Positions 9,362-20,406 of a DNA stretch of 64,000 bases are shown here, piece by piece (positions within the stretch are counted from its first letter, which is position 1; each line of letters begins with the position of its first letter). The position numbers were made by a program, and so were the translations under genes. Source of the stretch: Gemmatimonadales bacterium. GTDB lineage: Bacteria > Gemmatimonadota > Gemmatimonadetes > Gemmatimonadales > GWC2-71-9. The DNA lies in the NCBI GenBank assembly GCA_036004985.1, contig DASYQX010000049.1:18377-82376 (forward strand). The letters are read 5' to 3'. The notes under the pieces are model-generated. The model did not search any database, was not told where the DNA came from, and saw nothing but the letters and a program-made list of their open reading frames with translations.

Positions 9362-10552
9362 ATGAAGTTGGCTCGGCAGGCAGGTGCTCTCTTGCTCTGG
9401 GCCGCGATTTCAAGTCGCGGCCTTTTTGCGCAGGATCTCCCTGCCTCGCCCCAAGCGTTGCAGCTGCGCGGGGTGGAGCTGCGCTACGTTCTCCCGGAAC
9501 CGCTGTTCGCCGCTGCACCTCCTGCTCCGCCTGTCAAGGCGCTGTACGTGAACGCGTGGGCGTTCGGCTCGAGCAAGCTGTGGCATCTCGTCCGCCTCGC
9601 GGACTCGACGGAGATCAACGCCCTCGTCGTCGACGTGAAGGACGACACCGGCTGTCTCCTGTACCCGTCGGAGGTCAAGGTCGCGCAGCAGGTCGGCGCG
9701 ACCCGCTGCGTGCGCACCCGGGACGTGCGGGCTCGGCTCGACACGCTCAGGGCGCACGACATCTATCCCATCGCGCGGATCGTGGTGGCGAAGGATCCGT
9801 TGCTCGCCGAGCACCGGCCCCAGTGGTCGGTGCAGCACCGGGACGGGGGCCTGTGGCGCGACCGGATCGGCAGCGCCTGGGTGGACGCGTACAACGACTC
9901 GGTGTGGATCTACGCCGCGCAGATCGCCGAGGAGGCGGTGCACCTTGGGTTCGCCGAGGTGCAGTTCGACTACGTGCGCTTCCCGGACGAGCCGCGGGAG
10001 ATGATGGCGCAGGCGATCTTCCCGGCGCGGCGGCCGGGGGAGAGTCAACGCGCCGCAGTGCGGGCGAGCGTCCGGATGCTCGCCGAGCGCCTCGATCCCA
10101 TCGGCGTGCCGGTGACGTTCGACATCTTCGGCCTGACGGCGTCGGCGACGGGGGGCGGCGACCTCGGGATCGGGCAGGTGTGGGAGGACTTCATCACCGT
10201 TGCGGACGTGGTGTTGCCGATGGTGTATCCCAGCCACTACTATCGCGGCGCCTACGGGTACGAGCGTCCCAACGCCAACCCGTACGCGATCGTGAAAAAC
10301 GCGCTACGTGAGGCGATCGAGCGCACCCGGCCGCACGCCCGGGCGGCGACGATCCGGCCCTACCTCCAAGCGTTCACGCTTGGCCGCCGGCGGCCGCGGT
10401 ACACGCCGCACGAGATCCGCGAGCAGATCCGCGCCGCCGAGGAGCTGGGGATCATGTCGTGGGTGCTGTGGAACCCGCGCAGCGTGTACCAGCGCGACGC
10501 GCTGCGGCCCTATCGCACCGACGTGCGGACCGTTTCGGAGCCTGGCCAGTAG
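9362..10552 (+). CDS. Putative TIM-barrel glycoside-hydrolase-like protein (DUF4015-like), secreted
   Basis: ATG 9362 gives the signal peptide MKLARQAGALLLWAAISSRGLFAQ. Segments such as ALYVNAWAFGS...EINALVVDVKDDTG and FAEVQFDYVRFPDE recall the putative glycosyl hydrolase DUF4015 family. The family assignment is from memory. Confidence 0.6.
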   Translation: MKLARQAGALLLWAAISSRGLFAQDLPASPQALQLRGVELRYVLPEPLFAAAPPAPPVKALYVNAWAFGSSKLWHLVRLADSTEINALVVDVKDDTGCLLYPSEVKVAQQVGATRCVRTRDVRARLDTLRAHDIYPIARIVVAKDPLLAEHRPQWSVQHRDGGLWRDRIGSAWVDAYNDSVWIYAAQIAEEAVHLGFAEVQFDYVRFPDEPREMMAQAIFPARRPGESQRAAVRASVRMLAERLDPIGVPVTFDIFGLTASATGGGDLGIGQVWEDFITVADVVLPMVYPSHYYRGAYGYERPNANPYAIVKNALREAIERTRPHARAATIRPYLQAFTLGRRRPRYTPHEIREQIRAAEELGIMSWVLWNPRSVYQRDALRPYRTDVRTVSEPGQ

Positions 10553-10568
10553 CTCCATATTTGATCGC

Positions 10569-11315
10569 ATGCGCAGACTCGTTGTCACTCTGACGGCCCT
10601 GGGCTCCGTCCTGGCCGCCTGCTCCGACGCGGGCGGCGTCGATCCCGACGTGATCGCCGGCCCGGAGCTGGCGGCGGTGCGGCGGGCGCTCGATTCGGCG
10701 CTGGCGGGCGACACGCTGCTCTCGAGCGACACCACGCTGTATCCGACGATCGCCGCACTCGTCTTCCCGTACATCGACCGCGCCTCCCGCGTCACGGCCG
10801 CCGGCGATACGACCCGGGTGGTCGGCATCGAGATGGACATCAGGGTGGCCGTCGACACCGCCGATTCGCTGATCGCCGACTTCACGATGCTGCTCGGGTG
10901 GAACGGGTTCGACTCGACGTCCCGCACCGTCGATTCCGTGTTTTTCATCGTCGGCGCGGGGCGCGCACCGGCGAACGATTCCCTGCGCACACATTTCGCG
11001 ATCGACAGCCCCGGGACCGGCACGGGGTTGGTCATCCACCAAGCAATCGATTCGACGTTGACGATCTGGCTTGCGCGTGCCGGTCACCTGCGCACGACGG
11101 CGAGCACATATGGAGCGGGCCGCATCCAGAGCGCGGGCGGATTGAGCTGGACCACCTACCGGGGAATGCTGAATGGCGACGTCGCCATCACGGCGAAGCT
11201 CGTGCCGGATTCCACGACGACGGTGAGCTCGACGAAGGATTTCGGAAGCGGGGCGCGGGCGCTGAAAGTGCGAATTCGGGGGCGGCTGCCCCGAGCTACG
11301 GCTCCCACACCGTGA
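10569..11315 (+). CDS. Hypothetical lipoprotein
   Basis: ATG 10569 gives MRRLVVTLTALGSVLAACSD, a signal peptide with a lipobox. The track ORF from 10308 overlaps the upstream gene with Arg-rich sequence. Confidence 0.6.
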   Translation: MRRLVVTLTALGSVLAACSDAGGVDPDVIAGPELAAVRRALDSALAGDTLLSSDTTLYPTIAALVFPYIDRASRVTAAGDTTRVVGIEMDIRVAVDTADSLIADFTMLLGWNGFDSTSRTVDSVFFIVGAGRAPANDSLRTHFAIDSPGTGTGLVIHQAIDSTLTIWLARAGHLRTTASTYGAGRIQSAGGLSWTTYRGMLNGDVAITAKLVPDSTTTVSSTKDFGSGARALKVRIRGRLPRATAPTP

Positions 11316-13296
11316 TGTATCCCGTGATCGCCGAGGCGGCCACGGTGTAGGGGTTGGCCAGGTACAACTGGCCCGGGCCCGAGCGCCCGGGGAAGTTGCG
11401 GTTGATCGCGCTGATCGTCACTTCGTCCCGCGTCTTGGAAACTCCCGGCCCCGCGTTGATGCAGGCGCCGCACGACGGCTCCAGGAACGTGGCGCCCACC
11501 TGGCGGAACACGTCGAGATACCCGCGCTCCTCGCAGTACCGCTTCACCTCCTGCGACCCACACTGAATGAAGAACCGCACCCAGGGCGCCACGCGCTCAC
11601 CGCGCGCGGCCGCCTCCCTCAGCACGCGGGCATACATATCCATGTCTTCTTTCTTGCCCGCGGTACACGATCCCGCATACGCGATGTCGACCTTGATCCG
11701 CCCCTCCACGTCGGCGATGGAGAGACCGTTCCCCGGATCCCCCGGGAGCGCGATCATGGGCCGGATCGCGCCCGCGTCGATCTCGATCACCTCGCAAAAC
11801 TCGGCTCCCTCATCGCTCTCGAGTCCGGCACAGAGCCGCTCCGCCTCGGCCCGCGGCATGCGCCGATAATCCATCAGGTATTCGACCGTCTTGGCGTCGG
11901 GCGCGACATACCCCGTGAAGCCGCCGACTTCGGCGGTCATGTTGGTCATCGTGGCTCGCTCGTCCACCGACAGCGCCTCGACAGCATCGCCACAGTACTC
12001 CACCAGTTTGCCTATGGCCTGGCCACTTTTCACGTACGGGTGGCGCAGGATCTCGAGCATGAAGTCTTTCGCGGTGACGTTGTCGGGCTTCTCGCCCACG
12101 ACCACGACTTTGACGGTCTCGGGCACCTGGAGCCGGACATCCTTCGTGATCCACGAGTTGAAGATGGCCGTCGTGCCTACCCCGAATGCCACGCAGCCCA
12201 CGGCCCCGGCGTGCGGCGTGTGCGAATCGGAGCCGATGATCACCTGGCCGGGGAGCGCATGGGACTCGAGCATCTTCGAGTGACATATCGCCTCGGAGCC
12301 GTGGTGACCGCGGCGCAGCTCGCCGTACAGCTTGATCCCCTGCGCCTCGGCGAACTCGCGCTGCTTCTTCTCGAGCTGCAGCGCGACGTCGAGCAAGCCT
12401 TCCTTGATGCGCTCGGGCGTCATCGCCTCGGGCAGGAACGTCAGGTGATCGCGGAACATGAGGACGGAGCCCGGGTCGTTGACCTTCGCGTCCTTGCCCA
12501 CCAGCTGCTCGAAGAAGATCGCCGCCATCGGGGTCACGTACTCGTGGCTAAAACGAATGTCGGTGAGGACGAACCCCTCATCGCCGGGCTTCACCGCTGG
12601 CACGCCGATCTTCCCTTTGGACGGATCGACGACCCAGCGGCGCGCGAGGATCTTTTCACCGAGCGTCATGGGGCGCTTCGGCGTGCCGGGCGGGGTCAGC
12701 ACGACCTTCCCCTGCAGTCGCGCGACGTTGTAATTGAACAGGCCGCCGTACTCGATGATGCCCCGCGTGATCTCCCCCTCGCCGGCGGTGAACGCCGCAA
12801 GCGGGATCTCCTCCCCACGCCGCACTTTGTCGATGATGGAGAAATCGGTCGAGGTGAGGATGCCGAGGTTCTGGCAGTTCTCGCGGTAGATGCGCTCGAT
12901 GTTCTCGGCGACGACCAGTTTGATGCCGGCGCACAGCTCGGCGTAAGGCGACTGCTCGCGCGAGGAGCCCTTGCCGCGTCGCTTCCCGCTCACCGAGGCG
13001 ACGAAGCCGCCGCGCCGCACCGAGGCCCGCGTGATGGGAAACTCCTCCCCGCACTTGAGACCCAGGTAGGGGAAGTCGCCTAACGTTTCGTCGTAGTAGT
13101 AGCAGATGTAGGCGGGAGTGATTTCGTCGGTCGAGATGTTGTCGCGCAGCTTCACCGCCGGCGTCCACGCCAGGTCCGTGCCGCCGAGCTGGCTCCGCAC
13201 GAGCGCCGCGTCCTCGCACAGGAACAGGAGCCGCCCGTCGAGGCGGACCCGGGCCGGGAGTTTCTCGACGCGACGCGAGCGCAACGTCTCGAGCAT
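11296..13296 (-). CDS. Aconitase-family hydro-lyase with an N-terminal swivel (LeuD-like) domain fused to the catalytic (LeuC-like) domains
   Basis: The N-terminus carries DNISTDEITPA...GKGSSREQSPYAE...NIERIYRENCQNLGI, which is small-subunit (swivel) like. This is followed by GSDSHTPHAGAVG, YAGSCTAGKKED and CGACINAGPG, which are Fe-S cluster cysteine motifs of aconitase-family large subunits. Confidence 0.85.
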   Translation of the reverse strand: MLETLRSRRVEKLPARVRLDGRLLFLCEDAALVRSQLGGTDLAWTPAVKLRDNISTDEITPAYICYYYDETLGDFPYLGLKCGEEFPITRASVRRGGFVASVSGKRRGKGSSREQSPYAELCAGIKLVVAENIERIYRENCQNLGILTSTDFSIIDKVRRGEEIPLAAFTAGEGEITRGIIEYGGLFNYNVARLQGKVVLTPPGTPKRPMTLGEKILARRWVVDPSKGKIGVPAVKPGDEGFVLTDIRFSHEYVTPMAAIFFEQLVGKDAKVNDPGSVLMFRDHLTFLPEAMTPERIKEGLLDVALQLEKKQREFAEAQGIKLYGELRRGHHGSEAICHSKMLESHALPGQVIIGSDSHTPHAGAVGCVAFGVGTTAIFNSWITKDVRLQVPETVKVVVVGEKPDNVTAKDFMLEILRHPYVKSGQAIGKLVEYCGDAVEALSVDERATMTNMTAEVGGFTGYVAPDAKTVEYLMDYRRMPRAEAERLCAGLESDEGAEFCEVIEIDAGAIRPMIALPGDPGNGLSIADVEGRIKVDIAYAGSCTAGKKEDMDMYARVLREAAARGERVAPWVRFFIQCGSQEVKRYCEERGYLDVFRQVGATFLEPSCGACINAGPGVSKTRDEVTISAINRNFPGRSGPGQLYLANPYTVAASAITGYITVWEP

Positions 13297-13349
13297 GGCG
13301 AATAATCACCCCTTGCCTGAGGTCCTAGCAAGCGGATTTTCTTGGGGCC

Positions 13350-14228
13350 ATGATCTTTCCCGCACTGCTCGTGTTCCAGGCCGCGACCACGACGCAGACC
13401 GGCGAGTTCCACAGCCGCCGCGTCGTCGAGAGCTCCGGCGTCGCCGTGAGTCGCGCGCATCCGGGCGTCTTGTGGACTCACAACGATTCCGGCGACGGAC
13501 CATACCTCTACGCGACCGATCTCCACGGCCGCGACCTGGGATTCCTGCTGGTGCCGGGTGCCGACGCCGTGGATTGGGAAGACGTGGCGCTCGGCCCCTG
13601 CCCCACGCGTCCGGGGACTTGCGTCTATCTCGCGGACACCGGTGACAACAGCGAACGACGATCGTCGGTGACGGTGTACGCCGTCCCCGAGCCCGACCCG
13701 CCCGTCGGTGCGGGCGACACGCTGCGCACCACAGCTGCCCCGGCCATCCTCCAACTCCGGTACCCGGATGGCGCGCATGACGTCGAAGCGATCTACGTAT
13801 CCCCGCGCGACGCCGCGCTCTATTTAGTGAGCAAGGGACGCAGCGGTGGCATCCGGCTGTATCGCGTCGACCGCGAACAGTGGCCACGGGCCGGGGAGGC
13901 GAGAACTCGGGCCGCCGTGGCCACGGCCTGGAGGGTCCAGACACTGGACGTCAGCCCGAACGCGGAGGCGGGTCGCTGGGTGACGGGCGCGGCGATCCGG
14001 CCGGATGGCCGCCTCGTCGCGGTGCGCACGTATTCGGAGATCTACCTGTTCACGCCCGGCATCGGGGGGCGCCTCGCGTCTGCCCGCGAGCGGCCGTGCG
14101 GCATCGCGGGCCTCGAGACGGGCGGCGAGGCCGTGGATTTTCTCGACGATTCGACGCTCGTGCTCACCAGCGAAGCGTTGGGCCGCCGTGCCGGGAGAAT
14201 TCACACCGTGGTGTGTCGTCGCTCCTGA
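13350..14228 (+). CDS. Hypothetical secreted protein, probably a beta-propeller-like fold
   Basis: Coding-like composition and a short hydrophobic N-terminus. The motif LWTHNDSGDGPYLY recurs in uncharacterised secreted propeller proteins. No confident family assignment. Confidence 0.55.
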   Translation: MIFPALLVFQAATTTQTGEFHSRRVVESSGVAVSRAHPGVLWTHNDSGDGPYLYATDLHGRDLGFLLVPGADAVDWEDVALGPCPTRPGTCVYLADTGDNSERRSSVTVYAVPEPDPPVGAGDTLRTTAAPAILQLRYPDGAHDVEAIYVSPRDAALYLVSKGRSGGIRLYRVDREQWPRAGEARTRAAVATAWRVQTLDVSPNAEAGRWVTGAAIRPDGRLVAVRTYSEIYLFTPGIGGRLASARERPCGIAGLETGGEAVDFLDDSTLVLTSEALGRRAGRIHTVVCRRS

Positions 14229-14364
14229 TCGCGAAGCTCGGGCAGGCGTCAGTAACTGCATACAAGACAAGCGCTTACGTGCTACGATTGCCTATCCCGT
14301 CTGCCGCACGTAAGTTTGCGCCCGTTTTTAGCCCCCCCCTTCCTCACACGACTGGAGCGGCCGT

Positions 14365-15471
14365 TTGGAGATCCCCTCCTCCCACAAGCTGCCGCTGTCC
14401 TGGCTCTTCGAGGCTGCCAGCCTCCCCATTCAGTATCGGGCGCTCACCGAAGTCGCGCCCGAATCGGCCCGGGACCCCGAGCGGGTCGCCGCGCTGCTGC
14501 AGCAGCTGCTGCAGTACAAGGAGGCGCTGGCGATCGTCCGCAAGCAGAAGGAAACGGGGCTGTGGGGCGGCAACCTCCTCGCGCCGGGCCCCGTCAAGGC
14601 GATGGGGTGGAAGGAAATGGGCACCGTCTTTCAGTACCGCCGGCTGCTCGAGCTTGGCTGGCCCCCGCAGGAGCGGCCGTTTCGATTCGCCGACCGGTTT
14701 CTCTTCCGGCTGCTGTCGCGCGACGACGACCCCACCCTCCTGGTGGAATTCCAGCGCCCCGCGAAGACCGACCCAGGGCTGGCGCATTGGGCGCGTCAGA
14801 TGGGCTTCCAGGCCGCGGCCGCCACGCTCGCGCGGGGCGCGCACGTGGACGACCCGCGACTGCGGGGAGCGGCCCATCGCCTCGCCAGCGACATCTCGCA
14901 GTACCTGCGCAGCGAGCTGGCCGCGAAGCCGTTCAAGAAGGCGCAGGGCAAAACTGTGCTCGAGCCCCTCGCCTATCCGCCCACGACCTTCTCGGTCGAG
15001 ACGCTGGCGTTCATGCCGGCAGTGCAGCGGGAGCGAGCCGGGTTCCTGGAGCGCCTGGCGCACTTCTTTTCCTCCCCGGCGCCGCGCCGCGCATTCTACA
15101 TTCTCGCGGGCCGGAAACTGTTGCGACCGATGTTCGAGATCCTGGGGGACCCGTTGCGGGCCGACGCCCAGGGGCGCATCACCGACGTCCCCTTCGCGGT
15201 CTACTGGCTGGAGCTGCTCGCCCGGCTCGGGATCCTGCGGCAGGTCCCCAGCGCCTCGCGGGTGCTCGCGCGGCTGTACAGCGAGTGCGACCACCAAGGG
15301 GTGTGGAGCCCCAAGAACCTGCGAGCACTCCCCAAGTCGTCGAACCCGGTGGTGTCCCACTCCTTCCCGCTCGAAGGGCCGGGGAAGAGCCCCGCGCAGC
15401 GCCAGACAGACGTGACGCTCCGGCTGGCGTTGATTGCCAGAGTGCTGGGAATCCCGATCGAGGTTGCTTGA
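14365..15471 (+). CDS. Hypothetical protein (helical, unknown family)
   Basis: The 368-aa frame has a balanced amino-acid composition, whereas the overlapping 14316..15479 frame is Arg/Gly/Pro-rich. The start is TTG, with GGAG about 7 nt upstream. Confidence 0.55.
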   Translation: MEIPSSHKLPLSWLFEAASLPIQYRALTEVAPESARDPERVAALLQQLLQYKEALAIVRKQKETGLWGGNLLAPGPVKAMGWKEMGTVFQYRRLLELGWPPQERPFRFADRFLFRLLSRDDDPTLLVEFQRPAKTDPGLAHWARQMGFQAAAATLARGAHVDDPRLRGAAHRLASDISQYLRSELAAKPFKKAQGKTVLEPLAYPPTTFSVETLAFMPAVQRERAGFLERLAHFFSSPAPRRAFYILAGRKLLRPMFEILGDPLRADAQGRITDVPFAVYWLELLARLGILRQVPSASRVLARLYSECDHQGVWSPKNLRALPKSSNPVVSHSFPLEGPGKSPAQRQTDVTLRLALIARVLGIPIEVA

Positions 15472-15493
15472 GCCAATAGTAGTAGTATATACT
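15464..15493 (+). promoter_or_regulatory. Candidate sigma-70-type promoter (TTGCTT - 16 nt - TATATA) for the TrmB-like gene
   Basis: Hexamers read directly at 15464-15469 and 15486-15491. The -10 element lies inside the AT-rich palindrome. The predicted transcription start falls within about 3 nt of ATG 15501, implying a leaderless or near-leaderless mRNA. Confidence 0.4.
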
Positions 15494-15498
15494 ACTAC
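15479..15498. promoter_or_regulatory. 20-bp perfect palindrome GTAGTAGTATATACTACTAC, a candidate operator
   Basis: Perfect dyad symmetry read directly. It is AT-rich in a high-GC genome. It fills most of the 29-nt gap between the stop at 15471 and the TrmB-like ATG at 15501. Confidence 0.6.
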
Positions 15499-15500
15499 GT

Positions 15501-16172
15501 ATGTCGCATCTCGATCTGACGCCCTTCGGATTCACGCCCACCGAGTCATTGGTGTACGGCACCCTGCTGCGGCTCGGCCCTTCCACCGGGTACGCCGTCG
15601 CGCGCGGCGCCCGTGTGGCACGCGCCAACGCCTACGGAGCGCTCGAAGGGCTGGTCAGTCGCGGCGCGGCAACCCGCGGCGCGGGGCGGCCCGTCCGCTA
15701 CCGCCCCACCGATCCGCCGGCGCTGCTAGCGCACCTCGCCACGCTCCAAGGAGAAGCGCTCGACCGCCTCGCCCGCGCACTCGAGAAAGCGTCGCACCCC
15801 GGGGAGCCGGCCACCAAGGAAGTCGCCGGCGGCAGGGCCGTCGCCAACCTGATCCTGCAGCTCGTAGCGCGCGCCGAGCGAAGCGTGCAGGGCGTGCTCG
15901 CCGCCGAGTTGTGGCGCCCCACACTGCCCGCGTGGCGCCGCGCCACGGGCCGGGCGAAGATCGAGCTGCGGATGGCCGGTGATGTTCCCGCCGACGCCGT
16001 CGAGATCACCGGGGGGGGGGGATCGGTGCCTGCCGACACGCCAACGGTCCTGGTTGTGGACGATGCGCGCGTCGTGGTGACGACTGGTACGGGTGACCAG
16101 GTGGCCGGCCTGTGGACCTCCCATCCGCTACTCGTGGCGCTCGCCCGCCGGGCGCTCCAGACCTTCGCGTGA
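15501..16172 (+). CDS. TrmB-family (winged-helix) transcriptional regulator
   Basis: The N-terminus FGFTPTESLVYGTLLRLGPSTGYAVARGARVARANAYGALEGLVSRG matches the TrmB-type HTH pattern. No Shine-Dalgarno sequence is present. Confidence 0.7.
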   Translation: MSHLDLTPFGFTPTESLVYGTLLRLGPSTGYAVARGARVARANAYGALEGLVSRGAATRGAGRPVRYRPTDPPALLAHLATLQGEALDRLARALEKASHPGEPATKEVAGGRAVANLILQLVARAERSVQGVLAAELWRPTLPAWRRATGRAKIELRMAGDVPADAVEITGGGGSVPADTPTVLVVDDARVVVTTGTGDQVAGLWTSHPLLVALARRALQTFA

Positions 16173-17110
16173 CCGTCACCCGGTCCGTTGCCGTTCTCCT
16201 CCTGCTCAGCGCTGCCTGCCGTGCGGCGCCGATCCCCCCCGACCAGCGCTACCCTGCCGGCACGCCGTTCGAGGCGCAATACCGCGTCGTGAACGGGACC
16301 CGCCTGCGCGTGATCGATGCGGGCCACGGGACGCCTGTGGTCTTCCTCCATGGCTTCGGCGCGTCGCTATACTCATGGCGTAAGCAGCTCCCTCCCATCG
16401 CCGCCGCGGGATACCGCGTGATCGCGTTCGACAACGCCGGCTTCGGCTTCTCGGGCCAACCGCACGGGCAAGGGTACAGCAACGCCGCCTACGTGCGGCT
16501 CGCCGTCGCGCTGCTCGATTCGCTGGGCGTGTCCAACGCGGTCCTGGTCGGGCACTCGATGGGCGGCGCGATCGCCGCCGAAGTCGCGCTCGTGCATCCG
16601 GACCGCATACGCGGGCTCGTGCTGATCGACGCCGCAGGTTACGGTATCCGCTGGCCGGCGGTTCTCAAGCTGGCACGCTGGCCGCTGGTTGGGGCTGTGG
16701 CGACGGGGCTCCGGGGGAAGTGGATCACCGCCCGCCTGCTACGGTCCACCTACGCCGACCCGAGCAAGGTGTCCCAGGAGGACATTGATCAGTACTACGC
16801 GCCGGTGCCGCAACGCGGCTACGGGGGCACGTTATCGGGAGTGCTGGGCGAGTTCCGGTTCGACACGCTGGTCGGGTGGCTCGGCGCGATCCAGGCGCCC
16901 ACGCTCGTGCTTTGGGGCGCCGAAGACCGCTGGATCCCCGTCCGCGTCGGTGCCCGCCTCGCCGGTGAGTTGCCCCGCGCGGCGTTCATCGAAGTCCCGC
17001 ACGCCGGCCACGCGACGCCCGAGGAAGCACCCGACGAGGTCAATCGCGTCTTGCTCGCGTTCCTGAAGGACGGCCTGCCGCGTATTCCCGAAAACCTGGC
17101 GTGGCGTTAG
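16169..17110 (+). CDS. Alpha/beta-fold hydrolase, probable lipoprotein
   Basis: GTG 16169 forms a GTGA overlap with the TrmB-like stop. The N-terminus is VTVTRSVAVLLLLSAAC (lipobox). Motifs VVFLHGFGAS, nucleophile elbow GHSMGG and C-terminal HAGHATPEE. Confidence 0.85.
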   Translation: MTVTRSVAVLLLLSAACRAAPIPPDQRYPAGTPFEAQYRVVNGTRLRVIDAGHGTPVVFLHGFGASLYSWRKQLPPIAAAGYRVIAFDNAGFGFSGQPHGQGYSNAAYVRLAVALLDSLGVSNAVLVGHSMGGAIAAEVALVHPDRIRGLVLIDAAGYGIRWPAVLKLARWPLVGAVATGLRGKWITARLLRSTYADPSKVSQEDIDQYYAPVPQRGYGGTLSGVLGEFRFDTLVGWLGAIQAPTLVLWGAEDRWIPVRVGARLAGELPRAAFIEVPHAGHATPEEAPDEVNRVLLAFLKDGLPRIPENLAWR

Positions 17111-17112
17111 AT

Positions 17113-17136
17113 TTCCTCAACCATACGGTTGAGGAA
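17113..17136. promoter_or_regulatory. Inverted repeat TTCCTCAACC-atac-GGTTGAGGAA, either a TetR operator or a terminator hairpin
   Basis: Two 10-bp perfect arms with a 4-nt spacer. It starts 3 nt after the hydrolase stop and ends 8 nt before the TetR ATG. The right arm contains the GAGGA Shine-Dalgarno sequence. Confidence 0.5.
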
Positions 17137-17144
17137 GTAGTTGT

Positions 17145-17734
17145 ATGCCTCCCAAGTTAAGTAATAACAGTGCTTTACAGATCGTCACGGCGGCTCAGCA
17201 AGAGTTCGCGAAGCGCGGGTTCGCGGGGGCCAGGGTCGAGCACATCGCCCGGCTCGCGGGGGTCAACAAGCAGCTGCTGTTCTACTACTACCACTCGAAG
17301 CGCGGCCTCTTCCAGGCGGTCCTCGGTCAGGCAGCGAGCGAGCTCGAGCGGGCTCTCGCCGATCTTGCCTCTCCCACCGGCCGCCCACTCGACCGACTGC
17401 GTCTCGCCCTCGGCGCCCAATTCGAATTCTTAGCCCGGCATCCCGATCTGGTGGCCCTGCTGGCGCAGGCGGGACGCGGTGACCTCGCCCCATTTGCCCC
17501 TGCAATCAACCGCCTCGTGGTCCTGCTCGCCGAGGGGCAGGGACTGGGGCAGGTCCGGGACGACGTGGACCCCCACCTGACGGCGGCGCAGGCGTTGGTC
17601 CTGATGGTGGGCTACCTCGGTATGGAATCGGTGATCGCCGCCAGCGCCCGCCCGCTGGGCGCCGATGAGCCGGCGCTGCGCGAGCGGTGGAAGCAGGCGG
17701 CGGTCGACCTGGTCGTCGCGGGGGTCGCGGCGCC

Positions 17735-17738
<4 letters not shown>
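17145..17738 (+). CDS. TetR/AcrR-family transcriptional regulator
   Basis: N-terminal HTH ILQIVTAAQQEFAKRGFAGARVEHIARLAGVNKQLLFYYYHSKRGLF. Confidence 0.9.
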
Positions 17739-20161
<2,423 letters not shown>

Positions 20162-20406
20162 GGGGACTCCAATCGAGTGACAGAGACGGACATCGCGCAC
20201 GCGCAGGTGCACCGTCCGTGCCACCAGAAAACGCCGTGCACGGCAGCGACGTTCCAGAAAATGGCGCCAAACCGGCGGGGACTGCCAAACGGGCGGCGGC
20301 GGGCGTCGCGTGGCTCCGCGCGCGGCGGCTAACGGCTGGTCGCTGAATAGGTTGCAACGCCACGCCGATGCGGCTAAATCTAAGCCCGCATGCACCGCGA
20401 ATCCGC

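Noticed and set aside
14316-15479. An alternative 387-aa frame covering the same DNA as the 14365..15471 hypothetical gene.
   Set aside because: It is Arg/Pro/Gly/Ala-rich (RAGRRAAAAAAAVQGGAGDRPQAEG...), whereas the 368-aa frame has a balanced, helix-like composition.
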